From: Octopus sinensis
Lineage: Eukaryota
DNA length: 64,000 nucleotides
Direction of reading: 5' to 3'
NCBI RefSeq assembly: GCF_006345805.1
Contig: NC_042998.1
Location: 176,390,001 to 176,454,000, forward strand
In this document: positions 41,580-55,003 of the stretch, piece by piece
Numbering within the stretch: position 1 is the first letter of the stretch
How the letters are laid out: each line of letters opens with the position of its first letter
The notes under the pieces: model-generated
What the model saw: only the letters and a program-made list of their open reading frames with translations
What the model was told of the DNA's origin: nothing
Databases searched by the model: none
Translations under genes and position numbers: made by a program

Positions 41580-42439
41580 GTATGTTGTTTTCCTTGTTCC
41601 TTTCCCAAATATTAAATGTTCTTTTCCTTTTTCATTAATTGTTTTAAGAATTGAAATATCGTATTTGATGGCAGATGTACCTTTTCAAAAAAAATCAAAA
41701 TGATTACTTCGGGTCCTATATTCGAAATTATACTCCCGGGGTGCGTCTAATATACCCGTGAGTGTTTTATGTTACCAAATACTCATATGATACCTTACGA
41801 AATTAGAAATTATCAGCAAACGGTTATAGTGTAAGACAAAATACCTTGTTATATTTGTTCCGGCGCTCTGAGTTCAGATCCCGTCGAGATCAACTTTTCC
41901 TTTCATCTCTTTTCAGAGGCGATAATACAAAGCAATCCAGAGCGGTGAATTGGCGGAATTGTTTAAGTCTCGAGCTAGGGATGTCTTGTGGTATTTATTC
42001 AGGTTATTTGCGTATTTCGTTCTTGGATAGTAAAATTAATCTCTGAACCCGGTTTGGGTGCCTTTAGTGTACTTCATTTTGTTCTAGGTTTGAAGAAAAA
42101 TTCTTCTCTTCCTCGCACCAATCTCAGAAGCTCTGAAAAAAAAATGGATCGTGGGTGTTTGCCTTTCCTCCTTGACTAAGCAGTAAAAATAAATTCATCT
42201 CTTTCTTTCTACCATACCCAACCATGACAGCCTATTTGTGTATCCAGTCCGATATTTCAGAAACTGCTAAGGATAGAACATTAAAGTATTTTTTAAGGTG
42301 GTTGCGGGTGGAATGATTTCAAAGTAAAATAAAATGATACTAACTGCACTCATAGAAATTCTGTGGTTACCATGAAAATTGAAAGATGGATAGACGTTTG
42401 TAGAAAAACTTGAAATATATAGATTCTTTTGGGAATTGT

Positions 42440-42484
<45 letters not shown>

Positions 42485-42581
42485 GTCGTCGTCGTCGTCG
42501 TCGTTGTCATCATCGTCGTCGTCGTCATCATCATCATCATCATCATCATCATCGTTATTATTATTATTATTATTATTATTA

Positions 42582-42619
<38 letters not shown>

Positions 42620-42661
42620 TATTATTATTATTATTATTATATTATTATTATTATTATTATT
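42440..42661. repeat. Compound (CAT)n/(CGT)n/(TAT)n trinucleotide repeat
   Basis: Directly visible. Confidence 0.95.
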
Positions 42662-42662
42662 A

Positions 42663-43060
42663 AGGCGGTGAGCTGGCAGAATCTTTAACACACTGCGCGA
42701 AGTGCTTTAGAGATATTCGCCCGTCGCTACGTTCTGAGTTCAAATTCCGCTGGTGTCGACTTTGCCTTTCATCCTTTCTGAGTCGATAAATTAAGTACCA
42801 GTGAAACACCGATGATCGACATTGAGTGTCGTCAGCATTTATTATTTATTCTTCAAAGGCTGCCAGATGGCAGAATGGTTTTTACCAGATAATACTCAGC
42901 GGCATTTCTTCCGGCATACTATTCTGAATTCAATTTCCGCCGAGGTCGACTTTGCCTTTTCTCCTTTCGGGGTGGATAAAGTAAGTACCAGTTACGCACT
43001 GGGGTCAATATAAACGATTTACCTCAAAATCGCTGGTCATGTAACAAAATTAGTAAGGAT
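42663..43060 (+). mobile_element. Two adjacent family-A SINE copies
   Basis: GGCGGTGAGCTGGCAGAATC... and GGCTGCCAGATGGCAGAATGG..., each with the GTCGACTTTGCCTTT core. Confidence 0.8.
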
Positions 43061-45107
43061 TATTTATTCTACATGTTTTTGTTGGAAATTTTGTATCATG
43101 CGCTGTTCATGCCTTCTTTCTGAAGAGCATTAAAAGTATGCGAGAAATGAATTGGTTGCAGTAAGGAATGGAAATCTAGTAATGGTCTCATTTCCTGAGG
43201 CACTTCTTGCTGCGTGCAATGCATTTATTTGGTGCGCTCTATTAATATTGGTAACATTATTTTACTAGAGACAAAGGCCCCGTATATCACGTTTAGATAA
43301 TGAGACGTTTGTGATGTCCAGGACTTTACCAATATTTGCAACTTTAAGGAAATCAGGTAGTGAGACCCGCTTGAAATTTCGGCTGCCCTGAAGACTTAAC
43401 TGTTTGCTTTACAGCCTTAACCACTAAGTTGTCAAAATATTTCTATTCATTCATTCAGTATTGACATATTTATAAAAGGAAATTTAAGAATTAAGAATTA
43501 AAATCCAAACTAATTATGTAGCGTTCCTAACGTAAATGACTGAGGAATTTGGCTACATATCAGATATGCGATATTTAAAGCATATTTCATTAATATTGAT
43601 AATTATCTCATAAGATAAAACGATATTCGATTCGGTATAAATATCCGTAATTATATCCGACAATTTTTACTTTACATCAAGAATATGTGATTGCAGTTTA
43701 TTTCTGGTCCTTTCTTTCTTCGCAATCACTTAGGTAATGCAGAGATTAAATGGAGATAGACATTTTCCCATCTCTCTTGCTCTCTGTCTCTGCTTCTCTC
43801 TCTTTTGCTCTCTCCCTCTCTCGTTCTTTCTTTCTTTCTCTCCGTTTATCAATTTATCCATTTATCTGTCCATCTATCGCATTCTCCCGCTAACTATCAG
43901 TGTATTTGTATTCTATCTTTGAATGATTCAATCTCGCTCACTCAGTTATGCGCGCACACACATATGCAAACGCACATACACATACACACATACATTCACT
44001 CACTAAAACGTACACATGTTTCTGTGTATGAGTGCACGTATACATGCACATACATGCATGCGTCTGAATGTGTTTGTATTTGTGTGTTTATGTATGTGTC
44101 TGTATCCGTCTGCATGTGCATGTGTTTGTGTGTGTTTGTATGTGTGTATGTGTATGTGTGTATATCTGTCTGTATATGCATGCGTTTGTGTGTGTATATA
44201 TGCGTGTATGTGTGTATATGTGCGTGTGCGTGTACACACAAGAAATTTGTGTTCACACATTTCTTACAATATTACTGACAAATTTCTATTGGTTCTCACA
44301 GGCAAACGAGAACTCGATAGACGAATCTCTAAAATAGAAGGGAAAGATTTGCTCCAGATACCAGAGATGTTATCGTTCCTCGGCACCACATTCAGTCTTC
44401 AGAATGTAAATATCCTCTTACAGCCAAATACTACATCTTCACGTAGAGCTTCAAGGTTAACTTGCGATAGATGCTCGGTTCACCTGGATTATTATGACCC
44501 TCTAAAGAAATTACAATGCCTTCATTCAAAGCTACTTGGTTACGTGTTCTGTGCAGAAAGAATGAAGATATGAATGGCACATAGTATCTTGAAGAATGAG
44601 TTAACTTCATAATCATTCTTGTAGTTTATTGTTCTAATATTCTTGTAGTTTATTGTGCTAATATGACTTAGGTGAACCGATGACCACTAATATTTCGTTG
44701 AGGAATATGTTATTGTCAGTCTTATCAGATATAATAGAAACACCGGATAAAAATCCTCTTCTCAAGTGATTAGTTGTCTCAAATCTCCAACAATTCAAAT
44801 TGTTTCCGTGCCATTAAGCTTTTTTCTTGAAACGGAAAAAAATTAAAAATTGACGTTTTCTAGTCACCAGAATCAATTCGTTTGTCTGGTGACTAGAAAC
44901 ATCAAAATTTCCTTACTAAGCATGAAAAACAACTACGTTTTTCTAAAACTTGATGACAATCCAGCGGCATTTTCCCAGTGAAGTCCTGTGTTTTTAACAA
45001 AAAGTCACTTTGGAAAGCCTCTCTGAGACAAAATACCCAGCTAGTGCTGTTCCACATTTATATGCACATGATATAAATGTTGTACACACTGGTACTTATA
45101 CACACGC

Positions 45108-45432
45108 TGTGAGGGCGCGTGGCTTAGTGGTTAGGGCATTCGGCTCATGATCGTAAGGTTGTGAGTTCGATTCCCGGCGACGCGCTGTGTCCTTGAGCAA
45201 GACACTTTATTTCACGTTGCTCCAGTCCACTCAGCTGGCAAAAATGAGTTGTACTTGTATTTCAAAGGGTCAGCCTTGTCACTCTCTGTGTCACGCTGAT
45301 TATCCCGAGAACTACGTTAAGGGTACACGTGTCTGTGGAATGCTCAGCCATTTGCACGTTAATTTCACGAGCAAGCTGTTCCGTTGATCGTATCAGCTGG
45401 GACCCTCGTCGTCGTAACCGGCGGAGTCTTTT
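45108..45432 (+). mobile_element. tRNA-derived SINE, family C (CORE-like) head plus tail X
   Basis: TGGCTTAGTGGTTAGG (A box), GAGTTCGATTCCC (B box), CORE-like TGTGTCCTTGAGCAAGACACTT. The 3' half is shared with 27313-27520. 12-bp TSD TTATACACACGC at 45096-45107 and 45433-45444. Confidence 0.9.
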
Positions 45433-45599
45433 TTATACACACGCACATACACACATAAATACAAAGATATATAGATACATACATACATGCGTGCATGCAT
45501 ACATACATACATACTTACATACATACGTACATACATACATACATACATACATACATACATACATACATACATACATACATACATACATACATACATACA

Positions 45600-45820
45600 T
45601 GATGGCTGCCCCCTCGTTATCGAGTATGGCCATTGCACGAAGCTTAACTGTTATTGGTGCTGTGATAGAATGTGACTTTTTAGCCCAGCTAAAGATCTAC
45701 AATGTTTTCTACAGAATTGGCAACTAAAAACTTTACCGGTAATAGCTGGCTGTAGTTGCAATTGGGCTTCATGCACCTTTGCGTGTCGTTTAAGTCCTCC
45801 TGCCGAATTACACTTTATAC
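45600..45820 (-). mobile_element. RTE-like LINE 3' end with C2H2 motifs and a (TATG)n tail
   Basis: Reads KCNSAGGLKRHAKVH...SCQFCRKHCRSLAGLKSHIL, then CTCGATAACGAGGGGGCAGCCATC-(ATGT)n. Embedded in (CATA)n on both sides. Confidence 0.7.
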
Positions 45821-48800
45821 ATAGATACATACATAGATACATACATACATACATACATACATACATACATACATACATACATACATACATACATACATAC
45901 ACGCTTCCATATTGTGTCCAAGAAAGGTCTAATACTAGGTAGCACAAAGCAGAACAATATACACGAAACTCAGGAAGGCCAATACGAACTTTTGAAAGTG
46001 AGTCTTGGACACTCGAAAATAGGTATTTTGGGAAATTTTTGTGGAGATTTGGAAAATTTGAAAAGGTTAACAAAAATTCTACAAATTATTTTGATCATGA
46101 TTTCATTGAACATGTTTTAAAGAAGGGCTAATGGCCATTTATTCAAACACATATATTACCAAAGGAATATGTTATCCAATTTAAAGGACATTTCATACAA
46201 ACATACAAAAAATATCAATAAACAATATTTTTTAAAAATTAATTCGAAAATTATTACATCTCAGTAATTATCTATGTATTTGTTATGTGTACCAGGATAT
46301 ATGTCGTGCCATTTCCTCATTACCTATAGCTGTCTGCTAGTAAGCCTGTATCCATCTTATATATTCGACGATGTAAGCTAAGTGATATTTAAAAAAAAAA
46401 AATTGCCATGTAATCAATAGAATGATGCTACCGGTAGACATTATTTTATCGACTTGTCTATCTTTAGTTTTCATTTCTAAGAAGAGAAATTATAAACCTT
46501 GTTATATTTATATAAATCATAGCTGTGTCTATCTATAGTTATGGGAAACAAACCAAACCTGATTTCATACAAATAACTAAAACTTACAATGAAAACCCAA
46601 GTCGAAATATTTGCATTTTAGCGACTGCAGATATTGCAAGTCATCATATATTTAAATGACATAACACCTTATAAAGCATATTCGTTTAATTTATATAAGC
46701 TACTTTCTGCAACGAGTAGGTTTCATTTTGCTACTACTCAATATTCTGATGATTTGATGGAATAAATTCATACAGGTATTTATGACACAACAGGTTTGGC
46801 CTTGTTACGATTTAATACACCAGTTGATAGTTAAGGTCAGCTTTACATAATAGATTTAACCTTTTCATGATTTAGCATGTCACACGATTATGATAATGTA
46901 GATAGGTTTGGTCAACGTGACACGTGTTCGTAGTGCAGCGTTATACGAAACGCATAATTAATTTGACATCGTAATTCAGTGACACATCACTTGGTCGGGA
47001 TTAAGCGATGCACATTAGCGCCAAATATAGGTTTGGTCTCGCGTATTATCTGCTTATAATTGTATACATCTGACAGATTCTATTAGGCTAGCTGAAACTA
47101 GTCTTCTTTTCAAGCATTCTGCAAAACTATTGGCTAAACCAAGCTGCTAGAAACGGATAAATACATCTAAATATGATGGATAGTAAATATATCATTTCTT
47201 TAGTTCATGGAAGGCAAACCAATTTCTATTGCTTCATATCAATGCTGATTGATAGCGACAAGATAAATATAGTACATAAATCTGACCACAATGGGCGATA
47301 TTTCAGGTATGTTTAGTCAGTGGGGAGAATTGAAGAGGATTATAACAATGTTCTGAATAACTCACAACAAACAAAATTCAACTATGATGTATATTTGGGT
47401 TTTCAAACAAGGATTGCTGCTGCTGCTGTTGCTAATCCCAGATCAGGTCAGATCTTGCAGATTAAGAACATTTCAGTCGTGAACTTTCTATTTTATTTTT
47501 TAAAAATTTAAACTTAATGTATTTAGGACTACATTATTACCGAATTGCGTATTTCATTATTTCAATGTTAATTTATCTGTGACTAACGCTAACGCAACAC
47601 TAAGCCCATATATACCACTGCTTGCGTTTTCGAAACGCAAAACCTGCTCCTACTTATTTGAACAGAACCTCGCTGGAAAGCATCTGATTGAGCACGCGAA
47701 GTGTCCAGTAGGTAGTTGACACCAGTAGCTAACAATTGCATACTGTCCTTCTCTTCCAGATAGTGAAAGCTTACCTTATCGTTTAATCTAAATACAGGGA
47801 AATTTTATGACTTCATTTTTATGGGCATATATGGGATTAATCCACTTTTAGTTCTGACAGCTGATTTTGAAGATGCCAATATCTAGGCACATCTTGCCAT
47901 AATATTTTGTTTAGCACCTACCCCTTACGAGGGAGACTATATGATCGCTTGACCTGCTTCAAGTAGCAACCAAATATTCCTTAAATCACATTTTTGCATG
48001 TTACAAAGAGAAGGGTAGATAGGACAACATAGTGATACATAGGATAGGATGATAACTACTACAGAGATTTTCATCATCGGTCTGCTTGAGCAGGGATTAC
48101 TCGAAGCTAAACAACAACTTAGTTTTGTAACGTTAATATATGATCTCTCTTCGATAATTCATTAGAAATTGCGATCTATTCAGTATAAAATTATTAAAAA
48201 AAAACTTTCCTGGTCATTCAGAAATGGTGGAGAAGCACAGTTCCTGCTCTACCAGATAAGAGAAATCGATATAGCTGATGCTCAATTTAAACCACTATAG
48301 GAGTATTTAAACCACTAAAGGTGTTCTGTGGCTGAGGAGTTGCAACAAGATTTCAGTGCAAGACTGGAAATGTGAGACAGCAAGGGAAGAGGCAAGTCAA
48401 TCAAATGCTTCAAGGTACAGTAGGTGGGCAACTAGCTGGTCAATAAAAACAGAGACCATTGTTGTGTCGAGAGAAGAGGCAAAGGGAGAGAACAGTAGTA
48501 ACGAGTGAGTCTTTGTCAATCAGTCAAATAAACTTGTTTTGAATGCAGTCAACGATATTTTCACGTATAGCAGCAGTACTTCTCGGATGTTGGGGAAACA
48601 TACGTAAGATTTAATAAAATGTACAAGCTTTGTGTTAATTTTTACGTTACATTTTGGTGTTGATTAGGTAAGCTTTGAATTAACACACATCAATTTTCGG
48701 GTAAATTACATAGATAAATAACCATCAGCTAATATAATTTGGTCTAATTTTGATCTCTCATTTCGTTAAACTGCAGTTGGATTAAATATTTTTTTCAGTT

Positions 48801-48839
48801 CTTTAAAACTCACAATAACTCGCAACTTTATATAACAGT

Positions 48840-49330
48840 CACTATGATGTTGAACTCACAATGATCTAGAAGGAATTGGTTAAGATATCTTGTGCAAATC
48901 TTGTACGTAGCGTTTAGGCAAGCAATGGGCCTAAAGTTTTCTACCAACTGAATGATTTCATTCTAGGCTACAAGTTTCCATCGCGCTATAGCAAGCCAAT
49001 TTGGTATATCAGCCTGGACTACAATAGTTCTTTCTAATGTACACATGATTGGTTTTCTGTAGAGTGTCGTAGCTTACCTACAGCTATAGTGAAAGTTTCA
49101 GGGTCGATTGTGCATGTTTTACTGTCAATGTTGGTAGATTATTATTTCCTAACTGTATTTAGCCAATATGCATTCTGGTTGAGATCTTTATTTTCATTCC
49201 AGATCTTAGACTGGAATGATTCTTTCTTAACTGAAATGTTTTTCTTCCTCATCTCCCGGTAAAATGCCAGCAGCAAACTTGTCATTTATACTAGCTCTAT
49301 CCATGCTTTAAAGGAATCTGCTTTCCTGCA
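48840..49330 (-). mobile_element. Degenerate R4/Dong-like LINE, region at the N-terminus of the RT
   Basis: Minus strand reads FYREM...KIWNE...NQNAYWL...IPNWLAIAR.KLV...ENFRPIACLNATYKICTRYL (P.WL..GR..LI.K...NYRPI.CL...YK motif of RT domains 0-1). Confidence 0.6.
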
Positions 49331-50399
49331 AGAGTTTGAAATTTTTTACATAAAATGTTGTTAGTGAAATGTGAACTCATTATTCCCTTTGCATTTTATT
49401 ATCATTGTAACCATCCAACGCAGGTTGCTGATGTTTTCTTCCAGCTTCGTAATTTCATTAGCGTGTGCACTAGATGTTCTTTAACAGTAAAGAATAAGCG
49501 TATAAGAAAGCAGTAATTGTTCAATAATTAACATCACATTATTTCATGTGCTTCCAGCAACATCGTCAGTAACTTTTAACATGAGAGAAATTGGCTTTTT
49601 ATGTAATCTCGTTAAGAATGGCTTTTTTTATTCTATGACAACTTAGAAAATCTGAGAGAGTTATTTTACGCACTGTGGTTTCAAAATGTCCTTAAATTGA
49701 ATCGGCCACATGCGGAGATATACTAGAATTGACTGACAGCGACAGCTGTTTGTTTACTTTATGTTCAATCCTTATTATGACAAATGTTGGCCTGTCCTCA
49801 GTTTTTTGAGAAGATCGATTACCATCACAAGAATTGGAAAAACAATCCATTATAGCCAATAGTTTTGCAAAGAAAGACGCCTGTTGTTGAAACTGATTCA
49901 CTGTAAAATAATTTAAGTTTGGGTAAGCTTCGTCCCGGTATATTTTCAACCACTTCACGAGGCCGATAGAAGTGTCATCTCGGGGCCTCTTCATGGTACC
50001 GAAGTGGATCTTAGTTTAAATGTAAAGACCAATTGAAGTGAGAAGAGTACTTACGTCATCTTAAATAATTTACAGGTATCGTACTATTGTTTGCATAGGT
50101 GCCGGTGTTGGTGGTGTTATTGTCAATATCCTCCATGGTCGTGCTGACGGAGCTTCACGTGGTGTAAGGCATATTTTGTAATCCGATCTTAATAACGCTA
50201 CGTTGGCTAATTAAAGATGGTTCATTTATTTATAACTGAAAAAAAATAAAACATTTACTGATTTAGGCTGGACGAGTGGGCATACAGGTAGAAAAAATGT
50301 TGAAAAAAAAGAGGCGTTTTAAATGGTTCTCTACTTCTGCACGTCTGGTGTTGCCCGCACCGTATTACTATGTGCGAACGAATATATGTATATTTTATA

Positions 50400-50620
50400 G
50401 TTTACTTGTTTCAGTCATAAAACTCACGCCATGCTGGGGCACCACCTTGAAGATATTTTGGTCGAACGAATCGACCCTAATACTATTTTAAGCCTGGTAT
50501 TTATTCCATCGATATCTTTAACCGAACCGCTACGTTACGGAGACGGAAACAAGCCAACACCAGTTGTCAAGTAGTGGACAAACACAGACTGACAGACAGA
50601 GACACACACAAACACATGCT
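50400..50620 (-). mobile_element. Family-D SINE 3' fragment
   Basis: TTTACTTGTTTCAGTCAT...GCCATGCTGGGGCACC...CCGAACCGCTA. Confidence 0.7.
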
Positions 50621-50700
50621 TGTATGTACGTATATATAAAAACTATATTTATAAGCACACGCACACACAGCGCACATAAATGATACACACACACACACAC

Positions 50701-50793
<93 letters not shown>

Positions 50794-51344
50794 GCATATG
50801 TACATATATTTCTCCTTGAATGCTTAAGTATATAGACACATGTGATGAGAACCCGATAAGGTCTGAAAATCAATCAAGGGTGTTAATCAATGTCCAGTCT
50901 ACGAAGATATAGTTAAATATGCGATGTTTGTATGTCTACAATGTAGGTTTACATGTATATGTCACTCTATACACACACGTCCGCGCGCGCACTTGACACA
51001 CATGTACTAGCAGTAGCGCACACACCCTCACACGCACACACACACACACATATACAAATATGCACACACTCGCCTACACAAACAAATATATGATCGTATA
51101 CACAAATAAGAACAGCATTCATTTCCTGTGAACTTCTTCCGAAGTATCGATATATCTGAATTGATATATGTCTATGTCACAACTTGTCGCGTGTCAGTGT
51201 GTTCGTATGTATTTGGTCTACATTAGTCAATCTCTCTTCTCTCTTTGAACCTCGTTCTAGTTACGCACTCTCCCTCTCTCTCTTCCTCTCCTTCTCTCTC
51301 TTCCTCTCCTTCTCTCTCTCCCTCTCCCTCTCTCTCTCCCTCCC

Positions 51345-51398
<54 letters not shown>

Positions 51399-51507
51399 CC
51401 TCTCACTTCCCCCTCTCTCTCCTTCTCTCATGTTCTCTGTCTTATACACACGCAAGAACGCATGAACACTTGTGTGTGTATATCTTTTAACTATCTATCT
51501 ATATATG

Positions 51508-51567
<60 letters not shown>

Positions 51568-51649
51568 CATATATATGCACATATGCATAAATGTACATTT
51601 ATATATATATATATATATATATACATTCATATTAACATTTATATATACA

Positions 51650-51763
<114 letters not shown>

Positions 51764-52095
51764 CATGTACATGCATGTATATATGATTGATTGATTGATT
51801 GATTGATTGATTCTAGTTTCAGCTTATGAGCTGTGGCCATGCTGGGGCACCGCCATTTGGTGTTGCTACTTGGTTTCACTTCATGAAGGCTTTCTAGCAA
51901 CTGCTATTTGGTGCATGAGAGAGTTCGATGCAGTTCGATATATATAATATCATATTTATATATGAGGTCGCTGAAGGAAATCTGATCGATTAGACACGTG
52001 CTTTCATGTCCATGACAATTTCAATAATAGATGTATGAGTCAGTAAATGTCTACGTACTTATATGTCTATCTCACTCTATCTCTATATCTGTCTG

Positions 52096-52156
<61 letters not shown>

Positions 52157-52222
52157 TCTAACGGTCTCTTTGTCTGACTGCCTGTCTGTCTTTTTGTCTG
52201 TCTGTCTGTCTGTCTCTGTCTG

Positions 52223-52263
<41 letters not shown>

Positions 52264-52606
52264 ATATAAATACATATACATATATATATAACTGAGAATG
52301 TGTATACCTGTCTGTCTGTCTGTATGTGTGCGTCACTAAAACTCGAGAACTACCCAACAGATTTTACACATATCTTACATAAGGACCATGGAGTGTCATG
52401 GGCCAAGAAAATTTCAAATTCTTGCTTAATGCGAGCCCAGATCAATATTTTATCACTTACAGTGTTTCGGTATTACGCGTCAAAGGTGAAACAATAATAT
52501 CTCTATTGTAATGTGATACAATTGTTTCACTATTTTGTAGTTTCAATTTCAATTACTTTCACTATGTATATATTTATTAGTTTCACTATGCATTTAAATA
52601 AATATT

Positions 52607-52675
<69 letters not shown>

Positions 52676-52948
52676 ATATACATACATACATATATAAACA
52701 TATATAGGCATGTATCTATATGTATATATATGCATGTATATATATGTATTTATATATATATATGTATATATATATTTATGTATTTATAGATTAATGTATG
52801 TATATTTATGTATATATATATATGTGTATATGTATATGCATATGTAAGTATATATATATATATGTATGTATATTTGTGTATATATATATATATGTATATA
52901 TATGTATATATATATATGTATATATGTGTATATATATCTATATGTAAC

Positions 52949-53170
52949 ACAGAAACTGACCCTATAGGGTTCAAGAAGTCTTTGGACAGATTCCTTCAAG
53001 AAATCCCGGATAAACCCCCTACACCCGGATATGTCTCTGTAAACAATAACTCTCTACTTGAGTGGGCCATAGTGCCCAAATTCTGACTTGAAAGACTTCA
53101 CCAGGTGGTGGTATTAAGTTAGACATGGCCTGGGCCAATAATGGCCGAAACCTATCAAAGTATCAAAGTA
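52949..53170 (+). mobile_element. Short 5'-truncated copy of the young CR1-like LINE at 60657-61972
   Basis: About 220 bp matching ~61743-61965 with only 2 substitutions seen. (TATCAAAG)n tail; sits in TA-rich microsatellite. Confidence 0.9.
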
Positions 53171-53285
53171 TATATGTGTGCTTATGTATATAGATATATG
53201 CAAATATGTATATACGGATATATATGCATGTATATATATAAATATATGTATGTATATATGTATATATGCATATATATATGTTTGG

Positions 53286-53405
<120 letters not shown>

Positions 53406-53453
53406 CCATTATTGGTAGAATCCAGAGATGAACCGAGGCAAGATGTCTGTTAA

Positions 53454-53675
53454 GGCGATGATCTGGCAGAAACGTTAGCACGCCGGGCGAAATGCGTAGC
53501 GGTATTTCGTCTGCCGTAACGTTCAAATTCCGCCGAAGTCGACTTTGCCTTTCATCCTTTCGGGGTCGATAATTAAGTACCAGTTACACACTGGAGTCGA
53601 TGTAATCGACTTAATCCCTTTGTCTGTCCTTGTTTGTCACCTCTATGTTTAGCTCCTTGTGGGCAATAAAGAAAT
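53454..53675 (+). mobile_element. Family-A SINE, full length
   Basis: TSD AAGATGTCTGTT at 53440-53451 and 53676-53687. Confidence 0.9.
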
Positions 53676-53897
53676 AAGATGTCTGTTGAGGATAAGAAAG
53701 TATGGGAGATTCACGACCTTCAATTGCTACTGGAGATCCTTCCAAATACTTATTTCTGTTTCTGGTTTAACGAGTTTTATATCTGAGTAGTTTCCTGCCA
53801 GAAATATTCTTTAAACGAAAATTAGCAGATCTTTAAGTCTCTGCGGTCTTGCAGCACACCAGTGCCTAAGCTGGAATTTCCAAAATGTTCATACACA

Positions 53898-54185
53898 TCT
53901 TTATATATAAAAGTCAAGTTGTGTGTCTGTCTCCTACGATTTACGTAGATTCCTAACTACTCCCACATTTTGCGGTGCAGTTTAACCAAAACCGGGTATC
54001 TTATAGTCGTGATTCATATCGAGCCCTTCTGAGTATTAGCGCGCGTCTACGATGAGTCTACGATTTAAAAAAAAATTTACCATCATTTTTTCCATTTTTA
54101 ATGCATTTTTTGCTATTTTTTGGCAAAAAATGCTTATATAGTTATTTCCCTTACACACCCGAGCAACGCCGGGCGATACTGCTAG
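53898..54185 (+). mobile_element. Non-autonomous Helitron (288 bp)
   Basis: A|TCTTTATATATAAAAG 5' end; subterminal hairpin CCCGAGCAACGCCGGG (54158-54173); 3' CTAG|T. No TSD, inserted between A and T. Confidence 0.85.
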
Positions 54186-54246
54186 TACCATATAAATACA
54201 TACAATACGCATATGACCATAGACACACACCCATACATATCCACTT

Positions 54247-54286
<40 letters not shown>

Positions 54287-54544
54287 GTACGCACACGCAC
54301 AATGTATGTATGTCATTACTCAGTTTTATTTCAAGATTTCTTACCAATAAAGAAAGAGCCGGTTCTTAACCTAGATGCTAGGTTTCTTCAACAGGGTATT
54401 TTTGTACGCATGCGTGTATGCGTGCAGTATTTGGAGTCAGTGCATGTGCAGATTTGTATGCTTTGTTTTATGTATGTATTCTCATGCATATAGTTGCATG
54501 TCGAGACATGCGCATGTACACATAAATGGTAAGCTTCTGGAAAG

Positions 54545-54970
54545 TATGCATGTATGTAGGTATATATGTATGTATGTATATATGTATGTTTCTATGTAAA
54601 TGTGTGTGTATGTAAGCATGTATGTATGTATCTGTGCATGTACGTATGTATGTATGTATGTATGTATGTATGTGTGTATGTATGTATGTATGTGTATATA
54701 CATGCATGCATGTATGTATGTGTGTCTATGTATGTATGTATGTATGCATGTACGTATGTATGTACGTGTGTGTATGTATGTATATATGTGTGTATATGTA
54801 TGTATATATGTGTGTATGTATGTGTGTGTATGTATGTGTGTATGTGTGTGTGTATGTATATGTGTGCATGTATGTATATATGTGTATACGTATGTATGTA
54901 CGTATGTATGCTGTGTGTTTAAGTATGCAGGCATACTTAAGTATGTATGTATGTATGTATGTATGTATGC

Positions 54971-55003
<33 letters not shown>

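Noticed and set aside
42367-42688. Poly-His/Arg/Tyr ORF
   Set aside because: Compound trinucleotide microsatellite.
45108-45185. tRNA-like sequences (also ~35011-35085 and ~27630-27703)
   Set aside because: These are SINE heads followed by SINE bodies and flanked by TSDs, not tRNA genes.
45651-45820. Host C2H2 zinc-finger gene exon (also ~29060-29220)
   Set aside because: The motifs sit at a LINE-type 3' end with a tandem-repeat tail, embedded in microsatellite, and lack TGEKP linkers.
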